Shown here: positions 24,921 to 37,904 of the stretch, one piece after another | Position numbering within the stretch: position 1 is the stretch's first letter | Layout: every line of letters begins with the position of its first letter | Source of the DNA: Chiloscyllium plagiosum | Lineage: Eukaryota | Assembly (NCBI RefSeq): GCF_004010195.1 | Contig: NC_057718.1 | Coordinates: 98,430,518 to 98,494,517, forward strand | Reading direction: 5' to 3' | DNA length: 64,000 bases | Translations under genes and position numbers: made by a program | Notes under the pieces: generated by a model | What the model saw: only the letters and a program-made list of their open reading frames with translations | What the model was told of the DNA's origin: nothing | Databases searched by the model: none

Positions 24921-25148
24921 GGTGTTGTGTGATTTTTAACTACTAAGTTATAGTCCAACAGGTTTATTTGGAAGCACTAGCTTTCGGAGTGCTGCTTCTT
25001 CATCAGGTGGTTGTGATCAGCACAATCACCTGATGAAGGAGCACCGCTCCAAAAGCTAGTGCTTCCAAATAAACCTGTTGGACTATAACCTGCTGTTGTG
25101 TGATTTTTAATTTTGTACACCACAGTCCAACACTGGTGTCTTCAAATC
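24921..25148. mobile_element. Third Penelope-derived terminal-repeat type: 69-bp inverted repeat with hammerhead cores on both strands
   Basis: Arms 24947-25015 and 25021-25089 with a 5-nt spacer; flanking duplication atgaaaac (24913-24920 and 25149-25156); cores cacCTGATGAa-stem-(G/A)AAAgctagtg. Confidence 0.8.
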
Positions 25149-25745
25149 ATGAAAACAGTAGCGACATTCTCCCAATTTAAAAAAAAATTTCACCATCATT
25201 TTAAACTAAGCTGAGCAAAACCACCACAATGGAAAATATCTCTTTAGTTTTACTTAATGAGTTTCAATCACAATTTAATTAATTTTAATGGGTTTGTATT
25301 ATTCTCTCAATGTGTTGTTATTGATTTCAGATACAATTTAATTGCAACATCCAATGTTGCTTGCCAAAGCAGTTTCAGCTTCTTCTGTTTTTCATTACTA
25401 ATTTATAAACTGAATGCTGAACTGTAGTGCAGTGAATTAGAATACTGTCCTCTTGTCTTTTAATGCCCAAGTTCAGATAATGCCAAGAAAACAGTTTCTT
25501 TCTAGAAGTTCTTGTGCACTTTAAGAAAAACAGCTTCCATGAAAGCATTTGTACCCAAAATGAACTGTTGGTGATTTAAGCGATATGTGCTAGTCAATCC
25601 ACAAGTTAAAACATAAAAATGAATACATTTTTGCAAAGGAGATAAAAAGGATCCATTGTCAAAACATGAGAATGTGGTTACAATCTAGGTCTCATTCCAT
25701 TTGTGGGCAAGCGAATAGAATGACCAACATCTCATTCCTCTGGAA

Positions 25746-25845
25746 GAGGCTCTTGTGGTGCAGTGGTAGTGTCCCTATCCCTGAATCAAGGTGTCTCGGT
25801 TCAAATCTCATCTGCTCTAGAGGTATGTAATAACATCTCTGAATA
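25746..25845 (+). mobile_element. Short tRNA-derived SINE
   Basis: ggctcttgtggtgcagtggtagtgtccct...cggttcaaatctcatctgctc; A/B-box-like motifs, related to 4675-4745. Confidence 0.6.
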
Positions 25846-28289
25846 AAATGATTTGAAAAGAAAACACAATTCCTCTGTTCCTTCTAGTATCTTCAGAGTA
25901 TTTTTTTTTCTGTCAATCCTTTTACGTTTTTTGTCAGTGTATACTTGTTTGCCTCGATTTTTCTCAAAACCCATATCACTGCGAATAAAGGAATCTGTTT
26001 CAGCAGATCCCTCTTTTCAGTTACAGATAATCAACATTCTGGATACTTGAAACAGCTTGAACAGGGTGTCAAAGCTTCACACAGTCAGTGAAAAATCCAA
26101 AACACAGCTTAATGTTCAATTTCTTAATTATGCAGGTGTAACATGTTAAACAAGATTAAGTGAAGAAATAAATGTATCAGGCTAGTTGATAGAAATGATA
26201 GCAGGAATTCTGCTTCTCTCCAATGGGAAAAACTATTAAATAAGTACAGAAGAAAACCTGATAATATGACAGCAATAGGGAATGGGAGTGAATAAGGTTT
26301 TAAAAAAGCAATTTTTCATGTTACATATTTCAAATTCACTTAACATGTTATGTTATAATGACATAACCATGGTGTTGAAGCAATAAATCTAATGTATGCC
26401 CAATATCTCAGCAGCATTACATTTAGGAAATTTATTCTCAGCTTTGTATTAAAGAAGATGAAGACAAAACAGCAATCTACAGAAGTGCTGAATTCTCTGG
26501 ACTAACTACAATTTAAAATTAAATGCTAACTTATCAAATAAAAAAGACTTGGCAGATTATGTTGACTGATGAACAACTGAGTGTATTCTCACCAGATAGT
26601 CTTCATCTTTAGACAAAATATTATTTTCTAATGCATCACTTATTTTTGAATACTATTTTTGCAGTGTAAACAATTTCATATTTTACATTTAAGATTTCTC
26701 TTTAGCCTCAAGAAATGTAACCTGTCTTTTTTATCCTACGTTCAAAAGCACACAATAATTTTACTGGCAAATATTGATAAATCACTTAGATACAGCTTTA
26801 TCTGGAAATCATTTATGCAACAGAAATAAAAGACAGCTCACCAGTTTGTTAATCCAGCATTTATGCATTTATGCTTGGAGTCTTTACAACTAGCCACTTG
26901 AGTACAGATAATGCTGTGACAGCCTCAACTTTGCATAATTAACCTTTAACCTCAATAGAGTGACCAATGTTGATATCTCCATTTCATTATACAGATACAT
27001 GCTTTATCTCAAAAAAGAAGTATCCGCATAAAGCACGTTAAACTGACATGAAATTTAAGGGCAAAGGGATGATTCTAATCGGCAAATATTATCCAGTTTT
27101 AAATATAAGTGTTTCACAATGTCATCCCATATATATGAATTAAAGTCAAATGTTTTCAAGTGCTTGCCCTTCCATTTTATTGCTTTTGGAACTGGCTTTG
27201 GAGGTATTTCTCGATTTCAGTGACAGCAGCCATTTTTCATGAAGGTTTTGGTGCAGTCTGTTCTTTGATGATAAGCAATGGAAAAATAATTTTTGGTTCC
27301 AGAAAGCCTTGTTTCCCCGAGGCAGCAAAGCAAGGCACAGACGAACCAAATTAACATGATGAATAGTAGCATGTATAAGTAATAATGTCTTTCACTTATT
27401 GGCTTGCACAAGTTCAACCACTCAATGCAGACAGTTACACGATGGTAATTCTAAATTAGCACACAATTGTTTCCAGCTCTCATTTTCAACACTTCCTTCA
27501 TTTAGATTGTGAAACATGTAAGGTGCGAATTTTAAACATTTACATGAAGTATTAGGATTCTTTTTATCATTAGTTGATGAAAAATCTGTAAGCATTTATT
27601 TTAATTGAACTAAAATCATACCTTATCAAAAAAGACCAGAAAGGCTATGTTAGTGGCCCATATGAAAATGAATTGCTATGTAACATAATTTTCCATTTTG
27701 TCATCTCGTTAAAATTTCAAACATGGTTGGAACAATTGGTCTTTTTGTGTCCCATGTATCCTATGTGGTTTACATATTTTCACATGTTTTGTAGCCATTG
27801 AAATGGAGCAGAATTGTAAGATGCAAACTTCTGGGTCCAGAAGTGAGAAGTGAGCTAGATAAGATGGAATGGTAGTAGATCGTAGGACCGCCACTTTTCT
27901 GGCTTTGCCCAAATTAAGGTTTACACAGTAATGCCAAAACTCTGTCATTTTATACCATCAGGAAATGATGTTCTTAGGTATTAAATGAACAATTGCAGAA
28001 GGAAAGAGAGAGGGAGTGGGGGGGTGGGGAAGGGGAGAGGGGAAGAGAGAAAGAGCAATAGCTGGTGGTTGAATCTTTTATTGAATGAATGAGCATCTAG
28101 ATTTGAAGCTAGATTATCTGGACCAGGCGGCACGGCAGTTGACTGGTAAGCACTGCTGCCTCACAGCATTAGGGAGCCAGGTTTGATTCCAGGCTTGGGT
28201 GACTGCCTGTGGATGTTGCATGTTCTCCCTGTGTCTGCATGGGTATCTGTTGGGAACTCTGGTTTCCTCCCACTATCCAAAGATTTCTT

Positions 28290-29760
28290 TAACATACTTC
28301 GTTAGCAACCGACTTTAGACGTTATGACGGTTGACTGGAAATGGCGATATTGAAATAAGGAGTATAGGAAATGAGCCTTAACTCAAACAGAGACACCTAG
28401 GGGTGCAGGTACACATTCTTTGACAGTGCCGTCACAGGTAAACAGGCTGGTACAAAAGAATCTGTCATGCATGCCTTTGTTGGTCAGAGCATTGAGTACA
28501 GGAGTCGAGATGTCATGTTACAGCTGTATAAGACATTGATGAGGTGTTACGACACGGGGTAAACCCCTCTAATTTAAAACCCAGAACAGATTTATCCCAT
28601 GCAGTAATCCAAGAAAATTAGAGAGGCCAAGCACTATTTAAAGTAAAAATTAACAACTTTATTTCTTAAAGTATAACAGAGAATAATTAACTAGCAACTA
28701 CTTATCTTACCCTTCTACAACATTAGTTCGATAAAACTCCCAATTAGAGATTTACAAAGCAAAACTCCTTATCTCAAAACCAGGCAGCTTTCAGTTTTCT
28801 CTGTATTCCGGTCGTCATTTCTTTTTGGGGATTCTGTTTCATAGGTTACCTATCTATGAAGCTACCTTGTAAGAGAGCTATTTTATCAGTTAGTCTTTAC
28901 ATGCTGGTAGCTTGGCAGTTCTCCTCTCAACTGTTCAATTTTCCCCAGTCTTATACCCCATAAGCATCGGATTGTGTCACTGGCTCTTAAGATGACCAAT
29001 ATACTAAATTCAAACTGGATTGGAGTTTGGTATTTTTTGGGGTATAATTTAAATTCATTGGCCTAATTTGAATCTATTTTGTCGTTTCCAGGCAACCAAC
29101 TACCCTAGCTACCCCAGTAGCTGGAGCACATGTTACATTGTATTTTTTCTCAGAACAATTGGTGCTGTTAGATAGTTTTTGCAAGCATTCAACTCTTAAA
29201 GGTACAGTACACCATATCTTCATAATAAAGGCAATATTTGGAATACTGCATACAATTCTAGTCACCCTGTGGTAGGAAGGATGTTATTAAACTGGAAATG
29301 GTGCAAAACAATATTGACAAGGATGTTAGAGACTGGAAGGTTTGAGTTACAAGAGAGACTAGGACTTATCACACTGGAGCATAGGAAGCTGAGGGGTGAA
29401 CTTTGAGGTTTATAAAATCATGAGGGGCATAGGTAAGGTGAAAAGCAAAGGTCTTTTTTCCAGGGTAAGGGAGCCCAAAACTAGTGGGCATAGGTTTAAG
29501 GTGAAAGGGAAAGATTTAAAACAGATTTGGGGGGTAACTTTCGACACAGACAGTGGTGTGTTTATGGAACGAGCTGCCAGAGGAAGTGGTAGAGGCAAGT
29601 ACAATTACAATATTTAAAAGATGTTTGGACAAGTACATGGATAGGAAGGTTTAGAGCGATATGGGCCAAACACAGGTAAACGGGACTAGTTCAATTTATG
29701 TAATCTGGATGGCATGGAGAAATTCGGCCGAAGGGCCTGTTCTGTACTGTATGAGTCTAC
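28290..29760 (+). mobile_element. 5'-truncated CR1/HER1 LINE, interrupted by a solo LTR
   Basis: ORF2 sequence ...ctgtataagacattgatgagg | caatatttggaatactgcatacaattc... is continuous across the insertion; ends gaagggcctgttctgtactgtatgagtct. Confidence 0.8.
28545..29227 (-). mobile_element. Solo LTR (~683 bp), probably Gypsy-type
   Basis: Termini tgttacga...tcataata (imperfect inverted repeat, TG...CA with substitutions); 4-bp duplication gagg/aagg; minus-strand TATAA (28951-28955) upstream of AATAAA (28658-28663). Confidence 0.72.
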
Positions 29761-30054
29761 ATTCAGGTTAGGTGGATTGGCCATTTTATATTATCCACAG
29801 TGTCCAGGGATCTGTAGGACAGGTAGATTAGCCATGCAGGATAATGGGGATAAGATAGGGAGCTAGGTCTGGGTAGAATGCTCTTTGGAGAGTCAGTGCA
29901 GACTCGATGGACCGAATGGCCTCTTGAAGCACAATAGAGATTCTATGGTATTCTGTTATAAAGCTATGGTACTGCAATGCACCATATGAATGATGCACAG
30001 AAAATCTGGGCCACTGGTCTGACCTATCATCACACCTGCTTTTATTTTTAAGCA

Positions 30055-30310
30055 GGTATTTATTATTTCTTCCAATGAAAGTGAAAGTTGCCATAATCCC
30101 AGAGGTACACTGGCCTGTTCTCACATTTGAGAGAGACATATGATGGTGAGCTTAACCAGAGGGTCACCACACCTCAGGCATCAGGCGAGGTAGAGAAGGC
30201 AGGGCATTCATGGTGACCTCAGCCAGTACGGAAATTGAACCAGTGCTGCTGAACCCAGATGCCACTTTGCATTACAAGCCAGCTATCTGGCCAACTGAAC
30301 GAACCAGTTC
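30055..30310 (-). mobile_element. tRNA-headed SINE (further family); second copy at 50140-50355
   Basis: Shared ccagagggtcaccac.cctcagg...gagaagg...ggaattgaacc...gccaactga in both copies. Confidence 0.6.
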
Positions 30311-31699
30311 CCAATTTCTTCCTTTGATCTTTGTGACGTTCACCTTCTAAATTGTGGTGGTGACTGTTGGCAAGATGCATATGAAAAATAGAGCAAAAAT
30401 AAGTAAAAGGACAAAAACCACCAGAACCTTAGGTAATGAAAGATAACCATAAGAGATTATAAGATATACTACAGGAAAGATTATTTTATAAAAATAATAA
30501 CATCTTCAAAAGTACACTCTCAAAATAGCTGACTGCTACTTTTCTCCAGTACCCTTTTAAATAGGTTTTTACATATGGCAAAACAAACCAGAGAATAGTA
30601 CATCTGAGAAATTTAAGTGAGTCTGAATAACTTCTGGTGCCATACTGAGAGCACTGGATGAAATATGTTGGTCACCTGGATTAAGCTGAGATATAAAATT
30701 CCTAACTCCACCTGTAACGGCACTCCTAATCAAGAGGAATCCCATCATGTTGGGCTCCCATGGCTGAATCTTCAATCTTCAATCCTACTCACCTACGCAA
30801 CTGACGTGAGAATCATCAGGCCCCATTCATATCTCCATCATACTCCTAACACTCATCTGTCAAGACGAAAACCATGATCATAGGAGATATTTTATGAGAT
30901 AAATTTAAATGTTAAATTGATCAACTTCTTGTTGTAAGGGAAACAAAGAGGTTTGCATTTACGTAATATCCCTCACAGATTCAGGGCACCTCAAACTGCT
31001 TTACTACCAACAGATTAGCTTGTAAAGTGCAGCCCCTGTCAGGTTGGGAAATTAGATATTCAAATTATATATGACAATCCTTTACAGAACAGCAGAATAA
31101 ATGAATACATAGAATGGACGATATTTAATGCAAACAATATTCGCCTCATCTGCCAGCTAGAGAGCCAATGAGACCCCAACATCACTTCCTCTGAGGAAGG
31201 GCAGAAGTTATTAATTGCCTTCAGGACATTAATTTCTACTTAATATGGAGGTGTTGGTTGAAGAGGAATGAAGGTCAAATTAATAATTTACATTTATATA
31301 ATGTCTTTAATATATTAAAAGTCCCAATTGCATTTAGTAAATGGAAATAGAAAGGAACAGATGGCATGAAGTGAACAATTTAAGAAACGGCTGAAGACCT
31401 AGGCAGATAGATGGGCTACGGAGAAGATTTTAAAGATGAGAGAAAAATAGAAAGGAGCGAGATCTTCATGGTACCAGTAGAATCTGGAAGATGCTGAGCC
31501 ATGGGGTTATACGGTGATTGAAGACAATTCTACTGCTGATGGCTCAGTGCCTAATTTGAGTTGCTAAATCTGTTGGACATCTATCGCATTGAGTACAATG
31601 ATAGTGGCGCTTAACATAAAGAAAGGTATCCTCAATGTAAAGATGGACTTCTCCACAACGAATGTTTGATTATCTCCCCTGTTAATCCCAGCAGCCACA

Positions 31700-32500
31700 G
31701 GAAGAGGCCCTTAAGTGGTCATTAATTACTACCACATCACCAAATCCAGAATTGCCCGTTTTCCAGTGGGGTCTATCAAAATCGCTCTTTAAAAAAAAAA
31801 CACCATATTGTAGACATTTCATTAATTCTTTATCTTCAGACCTGCTGCCAACCTGATTTTCCCATTCCACCTTATTAAGTCTCCCACAATTATTGTAACA
31901 GTCCATTTCTTGCATGCCTTTTCTATCTCCTGATTTATTTTCTTCCCCACATGCTGACTACAGCTGAGGCCTGTAAACAACTCCCATCAGGATCTTTTTC
32001 CTTTTGCAGTTTCTCAACTCCAACCATGCAGATTCTACACCTTCTGATTGTATGTCACTTCTTACTATCCATTTAATTTCATTTCTTAACAAGGAAAACC
32101 CACACCCTCTGCCCATCTGCCTGTGCTTTTGATAAGACGTGTAACCTTGAGTATTTAGTTCCTAGCCCTAATCCTCTTGCAGCCATGTCTCTATGGTAAC
32201 TGCAGCATCGTACCTGACAATTTCAATTACACTTCAACCTTGATTACTTTGTTTCATACAGTGCATGCATTTAAGTACAACACCCTGATTCCCATGTTGA
32301 CTGTGCTGCCCGCCCCCCACCCCCTCATTGTTATCCACTTCTCTATTGTATCTGAAATCAGACTCTTGACCCTTACTATACTGTCTGTCCTACTACTTCT
32401 TTTGGAAACTTTAATAGCCTCTGCCGGGCCCTCCCTCCCCACTTTTTCCCTGCAACTGAAACAAATCCCCCATCCCTGCCTGCTCCCCAACTATTTAGTG
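31700..32500 (-). mobile_element. CR1 ORF2 N-terminal (APE endonuclease) relic
   Basis: Minus strand GIRVLYLNACTV* resembles the CR1 ORF2 start (LYLNARS); downstream VEWENQVG...LMKCLQ remnants. Confidence 0.7.
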
Positions 32501-33109
32501 AAAGCCTATGTCAGTAAACAGAAAGCCAGGAAAGGGTTCAGCAAATATCAGCAGCAGTGGCATGCTGGTTAACTACTTCATCTGCCTCCACCCCCAATCT
32601 GGAGGGTCCAAATATCATGCCCATTGGCTGTGGAACTAGAGAAGGACAAGTGTCAGGGGAAGCAGGAAGGACAAATACTTGCACAGCAGTTGGATGAAAT
32701 CAATCTTACAGACTAGAAATCCTTTCCCATTTGCCAAAGAAAAATAACATTCTAATTACATTTGGGTAAGGAAGTTTCTTGTGAATTCTCTATTGCTTTT
32801 TTATTTATGGCTCTAGTTCATGTATACTAGGAGATGGACGCATCTCTATTGCTATCTTATCAAGTTTTTTCATAATCAAAAATACTTCCATCAGGTAATT
32901 GCCTGATTTTTGCTAAAGAAGAAATCCAGCTTGTTCAATCTTTCCTGCTAGTTTATAACTTTGGTTTTGATATGGTTATATCACTTTCATCTTCTCCAAT
33001 GTCTCTAAGTTTGTAATAATGAGGTGTTTACAATTGTACAGTGACTATGTTCTAACCAAATAGAAGTTTGACATTAACCACTCAAGTTTTCAATTCAATC
33101 CCTACATAT

Positions 33110-33660
33110 GAACATATTAATTAGGATCTGGAGTAAAGCATTTTGGCTCTCAAGCTTGCTCTACTACTGGATAAAATCATGGTTGATCGGATTGTAGTCA
33201 ACTCAACTTTCCTGCCTACTCCAATATATCTTTGGAGTCTCTTCTTCATCAAGAATTTATATATCTCTTCTTTAAAAATATTCAATAACTGTGTCTGCAG
33301 CTCTCCAGAAGAAAGGTCTACAGATTGATGAACTCACCCACCCCACCAAGAGAAAAAAAAATCAACTTTTAAAAAGGAGAGCCCCTTGTTTTTTACTCTC
33401 TTATAAGTGTCGGTATCTCCCACAAGGAGAAACATATTTTCAGGGTTTCCCCGTGAAGTCGCTTCAGTATATTTCAACAAGGTTACCTCTCATTCTTCTA
33501 AATTCCAATGCATACAGGCCAAATTGTCAAACTTTTCCTCATAAGATAAAGCCCTCATCTGGGAATTAATCAAGCGATTCTCCTCTTAACTGCTTTAAAT
33601 GCAATTCTGTCCTTTCTTACACAATGCAACCAAAACTATTCACAGTACTCTAAATGGTGT
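33110..33660 (-). mobile_element. Decayed CR1 3' portion
   Basis: cctctcattcttctaaattccaatgcatacaggcc and accaaaactattcacagtactctaaatgg are reverse complements of the LEFRR and LEYCVQFW coding segments. Confidence 0.65.
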
Positions 33661-35179
33661 CTAGATCCTTCTAGAAATGGACCTGGTGCTTTTTTTTTAA
33701 ACTAATGGTCTTATTAACTTATCTCGGTGTTGTATATCTACTGCACATCTTTCTACCCCATTTAAAAACATTCTAAGGAATATGTCTTTTTATTCTTGGT
33801 GGTAAGATGTACAATCTCATACTCATCTATACTGAAGTTGATGTGTTAATTACAGCCTTATTCTTCTATGATTATATGAAGATTATTAATGTCTGAGTTA
33901 TCCCAAGTTAAACATGATAACCAGATTAGATGCACACTAAATATCGTCTTGCTTTTCTTGTACTAGTCCAATTGGACATCTTACATTCCAATAACTTTGT
34001 TTTTATGCTTCAACTATAAATCACCACATCCATGCTGCACTGGAACATCAGCTGCATTTGTGTATTCAAGATTTCTGACTGAGAAATGAGAACACTGGCA
34101 ACTAAACCAAGCTAATGCTTTGATACATGATAAAATACATAATTAATGGAATTATTTAATCTGATACAATACCATAATTGAAGACTTGAAGTAATGGAAT
34201 AACTCTGATACAGCTACACACCAGTTGTAAAGTTTATTGGGACGGTAAAGGTTTGCGTGCTTTTACACTTGAGGCATAAGTTGGGTAAACATCTTCAAGA
34301 GCTTAAAATAAATAAAGCAATAGTTTCACTTTCTATTATAAAATAAGCTGCCAGAGAGACCTGCTGTCATTGATTCATTCAATATATTCACGAAGGCAAC
34401 TGTCTGATTTCCAAATCAACAGCAGACTGCTATGAGCATGTTTAGGTAGCCTAATGGTAATATGACACCTGTCAGCTCTGTACACTGATTTAAAGAGAAC
34501 AATGGAAATGTCAAAATGGCCATTTCTTATTTCAACAGTTACGTTTTTTTGAGATTAATATTTCATTTAAAAAACTAGCCTCATACATATATTTATAATT
34601 CTGTGCACTGATTTACAGAGCATTGTGTAAATTCTCATCAAATGAAATCTGAATGTTGCCAATTTATTTCAAATGGAATTGCCAGTTTAAGATTTTTAAA
34701 ATTTATTCACAGATTTTCTTTTATTCACACGTGGGATGTGGGTGTTGCTGGCTGGCCTGCATCCATTCCCCCTTCCCTAGTTGCCTTTGAGATGGTGGTA
34801 TTGAGCTGCCTTCTTAAATGGCTGCAGTTCATCTGCTGTAGGTTGACTCACAATGCCAAGAGAGGGAATTCCAGGATTTTGATCCAGGGACAGCAAAGGA
34901 TCAGCTTTCTGGATTAACCAGGTCATTAAAACAACTCATATACTCGACAGTTTTCTTAGAGTTCTCTGTCTAAAGACAGGTCTGGCTCTCAGAGCCATGA
35001 GGGTAGGGCAAGGAAGCAGCCAATCAGGAACAGGGAGCAAACCCTGTAGTTTGCACCAATCTGATCCACACTGGCTGGAGCTATGAATAAAGATGGTAGC
35101 GACTCAAATTTATTTCCAAGACTTGGCTGATCAGGAATCTCTCCTGCTCCTTATACCTGTAATTGGCATGTGTTGGAAG

Positions 35180-35790
35180 GACTTAAGTTGAGGAATCAGT
35201 GGACAGGTTATCTCAAATTTAGCAAAGCATGAGGAAACTTGATTGAAGGAGAAGATTCTGAGAGGTCTTGAAAGGGTGGATGTGGAAAGATAGTTCCTCT
35301 TCTAGATCACAAAGTAGTTAAACAGAAAGTAGATAGATTATTGAAATGTCAGAGGATTAATAGTTTAGTTGCCACAGAGGAGAAACTGAGGTCTGGGGCA
35401 GATCAGGCATAAGTGTGTTGATTAGTGTTAAAAGCTACAGGAGCTGAATGGTTTAGTCCTGCACCTATTTCTTATGCCGTTGTGACAGAATCTAGAATAG
35501 AGGCTGCTGTTTAAAAATAATGGGTCGCCTATTTCATACAGAGCGAAACATAATTTTTTTTTCCAAAAGGGTTGAGTGTTTTTACTTCCACTGCCTTTTG
35601 AGTTCCAGAGTCCTTGAATACTTTCAAGGCAGTGGTAGATAGATTGATTCTTGATAGACAAGTAGATGAAATGTTATTTAGGGGAGACAGCCACATGGAG
35701 TAATCAGATCAGTTATTCTTTTATTGAAAGGCAGAGCAGGTTTGAGAGACAGATTAGGCCTTACTGTTGTCCTCATTTGTATATTTGTTC
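35180..35790 (+). mobile_element. Two adjacent decayed CR1 3' ends
   Basis: Each ends with cagatcag.cat...ttga...gg...aatgg/aggcc...ctgt/tcct..tt tail motifs. Confidence 0.55.
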
Positions 35791-37142
35791 GAAATTACTT
35801 TGCCTGCATTATGAATACACCTTCCTTGACCAATCAACATATTTTTCCATAGATAAGCTTCCAGTTCATCAAAGGAGACTAGATATCAAAGGAACAAAGA
35901 TCTGATTTCCATATCATCAAAACATCAACCAGGTGTTCAAATCGATCTGCCTTCAAGTGCATTGTGTGTGTTTTCTTTTGCAAAGTTAATGTAACTACAT
36001 AAATTCACACAGGGGCTTACCATAAAACAATAAGAATTTGATTGTAAATCAAAAGCAATCAGAAAAATGTACAAAATATGGCAATTAATAACATTTTAAT
36101 AAATGTACAGTGGTTGATATCCTTCCAATATATAAAAGCACAAAATGATAGTCAATTTCCATTTGTGAAATAGCACTGAGCATTATTGCCAACCTGTTTG
36201 ATTGCTCATTGCAAGTTCCAGAAGAATAGAGTAATCCAGTTTATAAAAGATTGTTAAAAAGTTGCAAATACATTAGTGCTTTATATTCTTTGTGGCAACA
36301 ATTATTTTCAAATTTACATTTGAATAAATCTATGTGATTGAAGTCTGAGCCATGTTGCATTTAGTTCGAATGGTAATTGATACATGAAGCTTATTTCATT
36401 CTAAGTGCGGATTGTCAATATTGATTTCTTACTCAAGGGAGATATTCAAATAGGCAGAATTGTATAATATAAATGCAAAGACTGTTGGGAGAAGTCATTA
36501 ATGCATAATTAAACAAACAGGACTACAAAGAGAAAACAGCTGAATCTATCAGTTAAGACCTGTGTACCTTGGAGAATGGTCAACAATATTTAACATTATA
36601 ACTGAAGGCTTTTAGTATTGTGGATGGCTTTCACACAATGTAATCATCTAATTTTTAAAAATAATCTGTACTACTCCACAATATATAATCCACTCAACAA
36701 TGGTATACTTTGGTACATCAATACGTTGCAACATCAGTATCACTTTTGAATTTAAGATATAGATTTACCAGTAAGAATACATTTGTAAATAAAAGACAAT
36801 TACTCAAAAGTGTGATGTTGCCGAGTGAGGTGGTGAGTATTCATTCTTACAATGTTAGCACTGGCAGCAAGGCTAACATAGATTGCTAAGCTGCAGATAT
36901 AGTTGGATGCAACACAAGGGTTTGCTAAACTACTCTACAGAGTAGTAAAGAGTCAACTACATTGGTAAGGGATCAATGAACCAATTGAACTTGTAATATA
37001 ATCACCTTCATGGTCACTTTTACTGATTCAAATCCTCAGTACTTCTGATACCATATTGATGCTGAGGTGATTATGTGCATGTATGTGTCTAAGTTTGTCT
37101 GTGTGCATACATATGAACATGTATGCAAAGGTCTCATGCGGT

Positions 37143-37815
37143 TTAGACAATAGGTGCAGGAGTAGACCATTCTGCCCTTCGAGCCTGCACCACCATTCAT
37201 TATGATCATGGCTGATCATCCTCAATCAGTATCCTATTCCTGCCTTATCTCCATAACCCTTGATTCCACTATCCTTGAGAGCTCTATCCAACTCTTTCTT
37301 AAATGAATCCAGAGACTGGGCCTCCACTGCCTTCTGGGGCAGAGCATTCCACACACCCACCACTCTCTGGGTGAAGAAGTTTCTCCTCATCTTTGTCCTA
37401 AATGGCCTACCCTTTATTTTTAAGCTGTGTCCTCTGGTTCGGGACTCACCCATCAGTGGAAACATGTTTCCTGCCTCCAGAATGTCTAACCCTTTAATAA
37501 TCTTATACGTCTCAATCAGATCCCCTCTCAGTCTTCTAAACTCAAGGGTATACAAGCCCAGTCACTCCAATCTTTCAACATAAGATAGTCCCACCATTCC
37601 AGGAATTGACCTTGTGAACCTACGGCACACTCCCTCAATAGCCAGAATGTCTTTCCTCAAATTTGGAGAGCAGAACTGCACACAATATTCTAGGTGTGGT
37701 CTCACCAGGGCCCTGTACAGCTGCAGAAGAACCTCTTTGCTTCTATACTCAATCCGTCTTGTTATGAAGGCCAGCATGCTATTAGCTTTCTTCACTACCT
37801 GCTGTACCTGCATGC
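37143..37815 (-). mobile_element. Relatively young 5'-truncated CR1/HER1 LINE
   Basis: ORF2 C-terminus QVQQVVKKAN...LYRALVRPHLEYCVQF...LEFRRLRGDLIETYKI...RNFFTQRVVGVWNALP with a single in-frame TGA at 37562-37564. Confidence 0.92.
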
Positions 37816-37904
37816 CTGTTTAAAGCATAGCACTGTTACTATTGAAGTTTACAACAAATTATGAGCAACTAAATATACCAAGACTATGTACAAATAGGTT
37901 GGTA

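Larger units (their letters stand above)
28127..29948 (+). mobile_element. HE1-type SINE split in two (28127-28284 and ~29763-29948) by nested insertions
   Basis: 5' half ends ...ctcccactatccaaagat; 3' half resumes caggttaggtggattggcca...gcagactcgatggaccgaatggcc. Confidence 0.8.

Noticed and set aside
24947..25089. Pre-miRNA hairpin or DNA-transposon MITE
   Set aside because: The arms contain hammerhead cores and an asymmetric 3' extension typical of PLE inverted termini. A small-RNA product cannot be excluded but has no support here.
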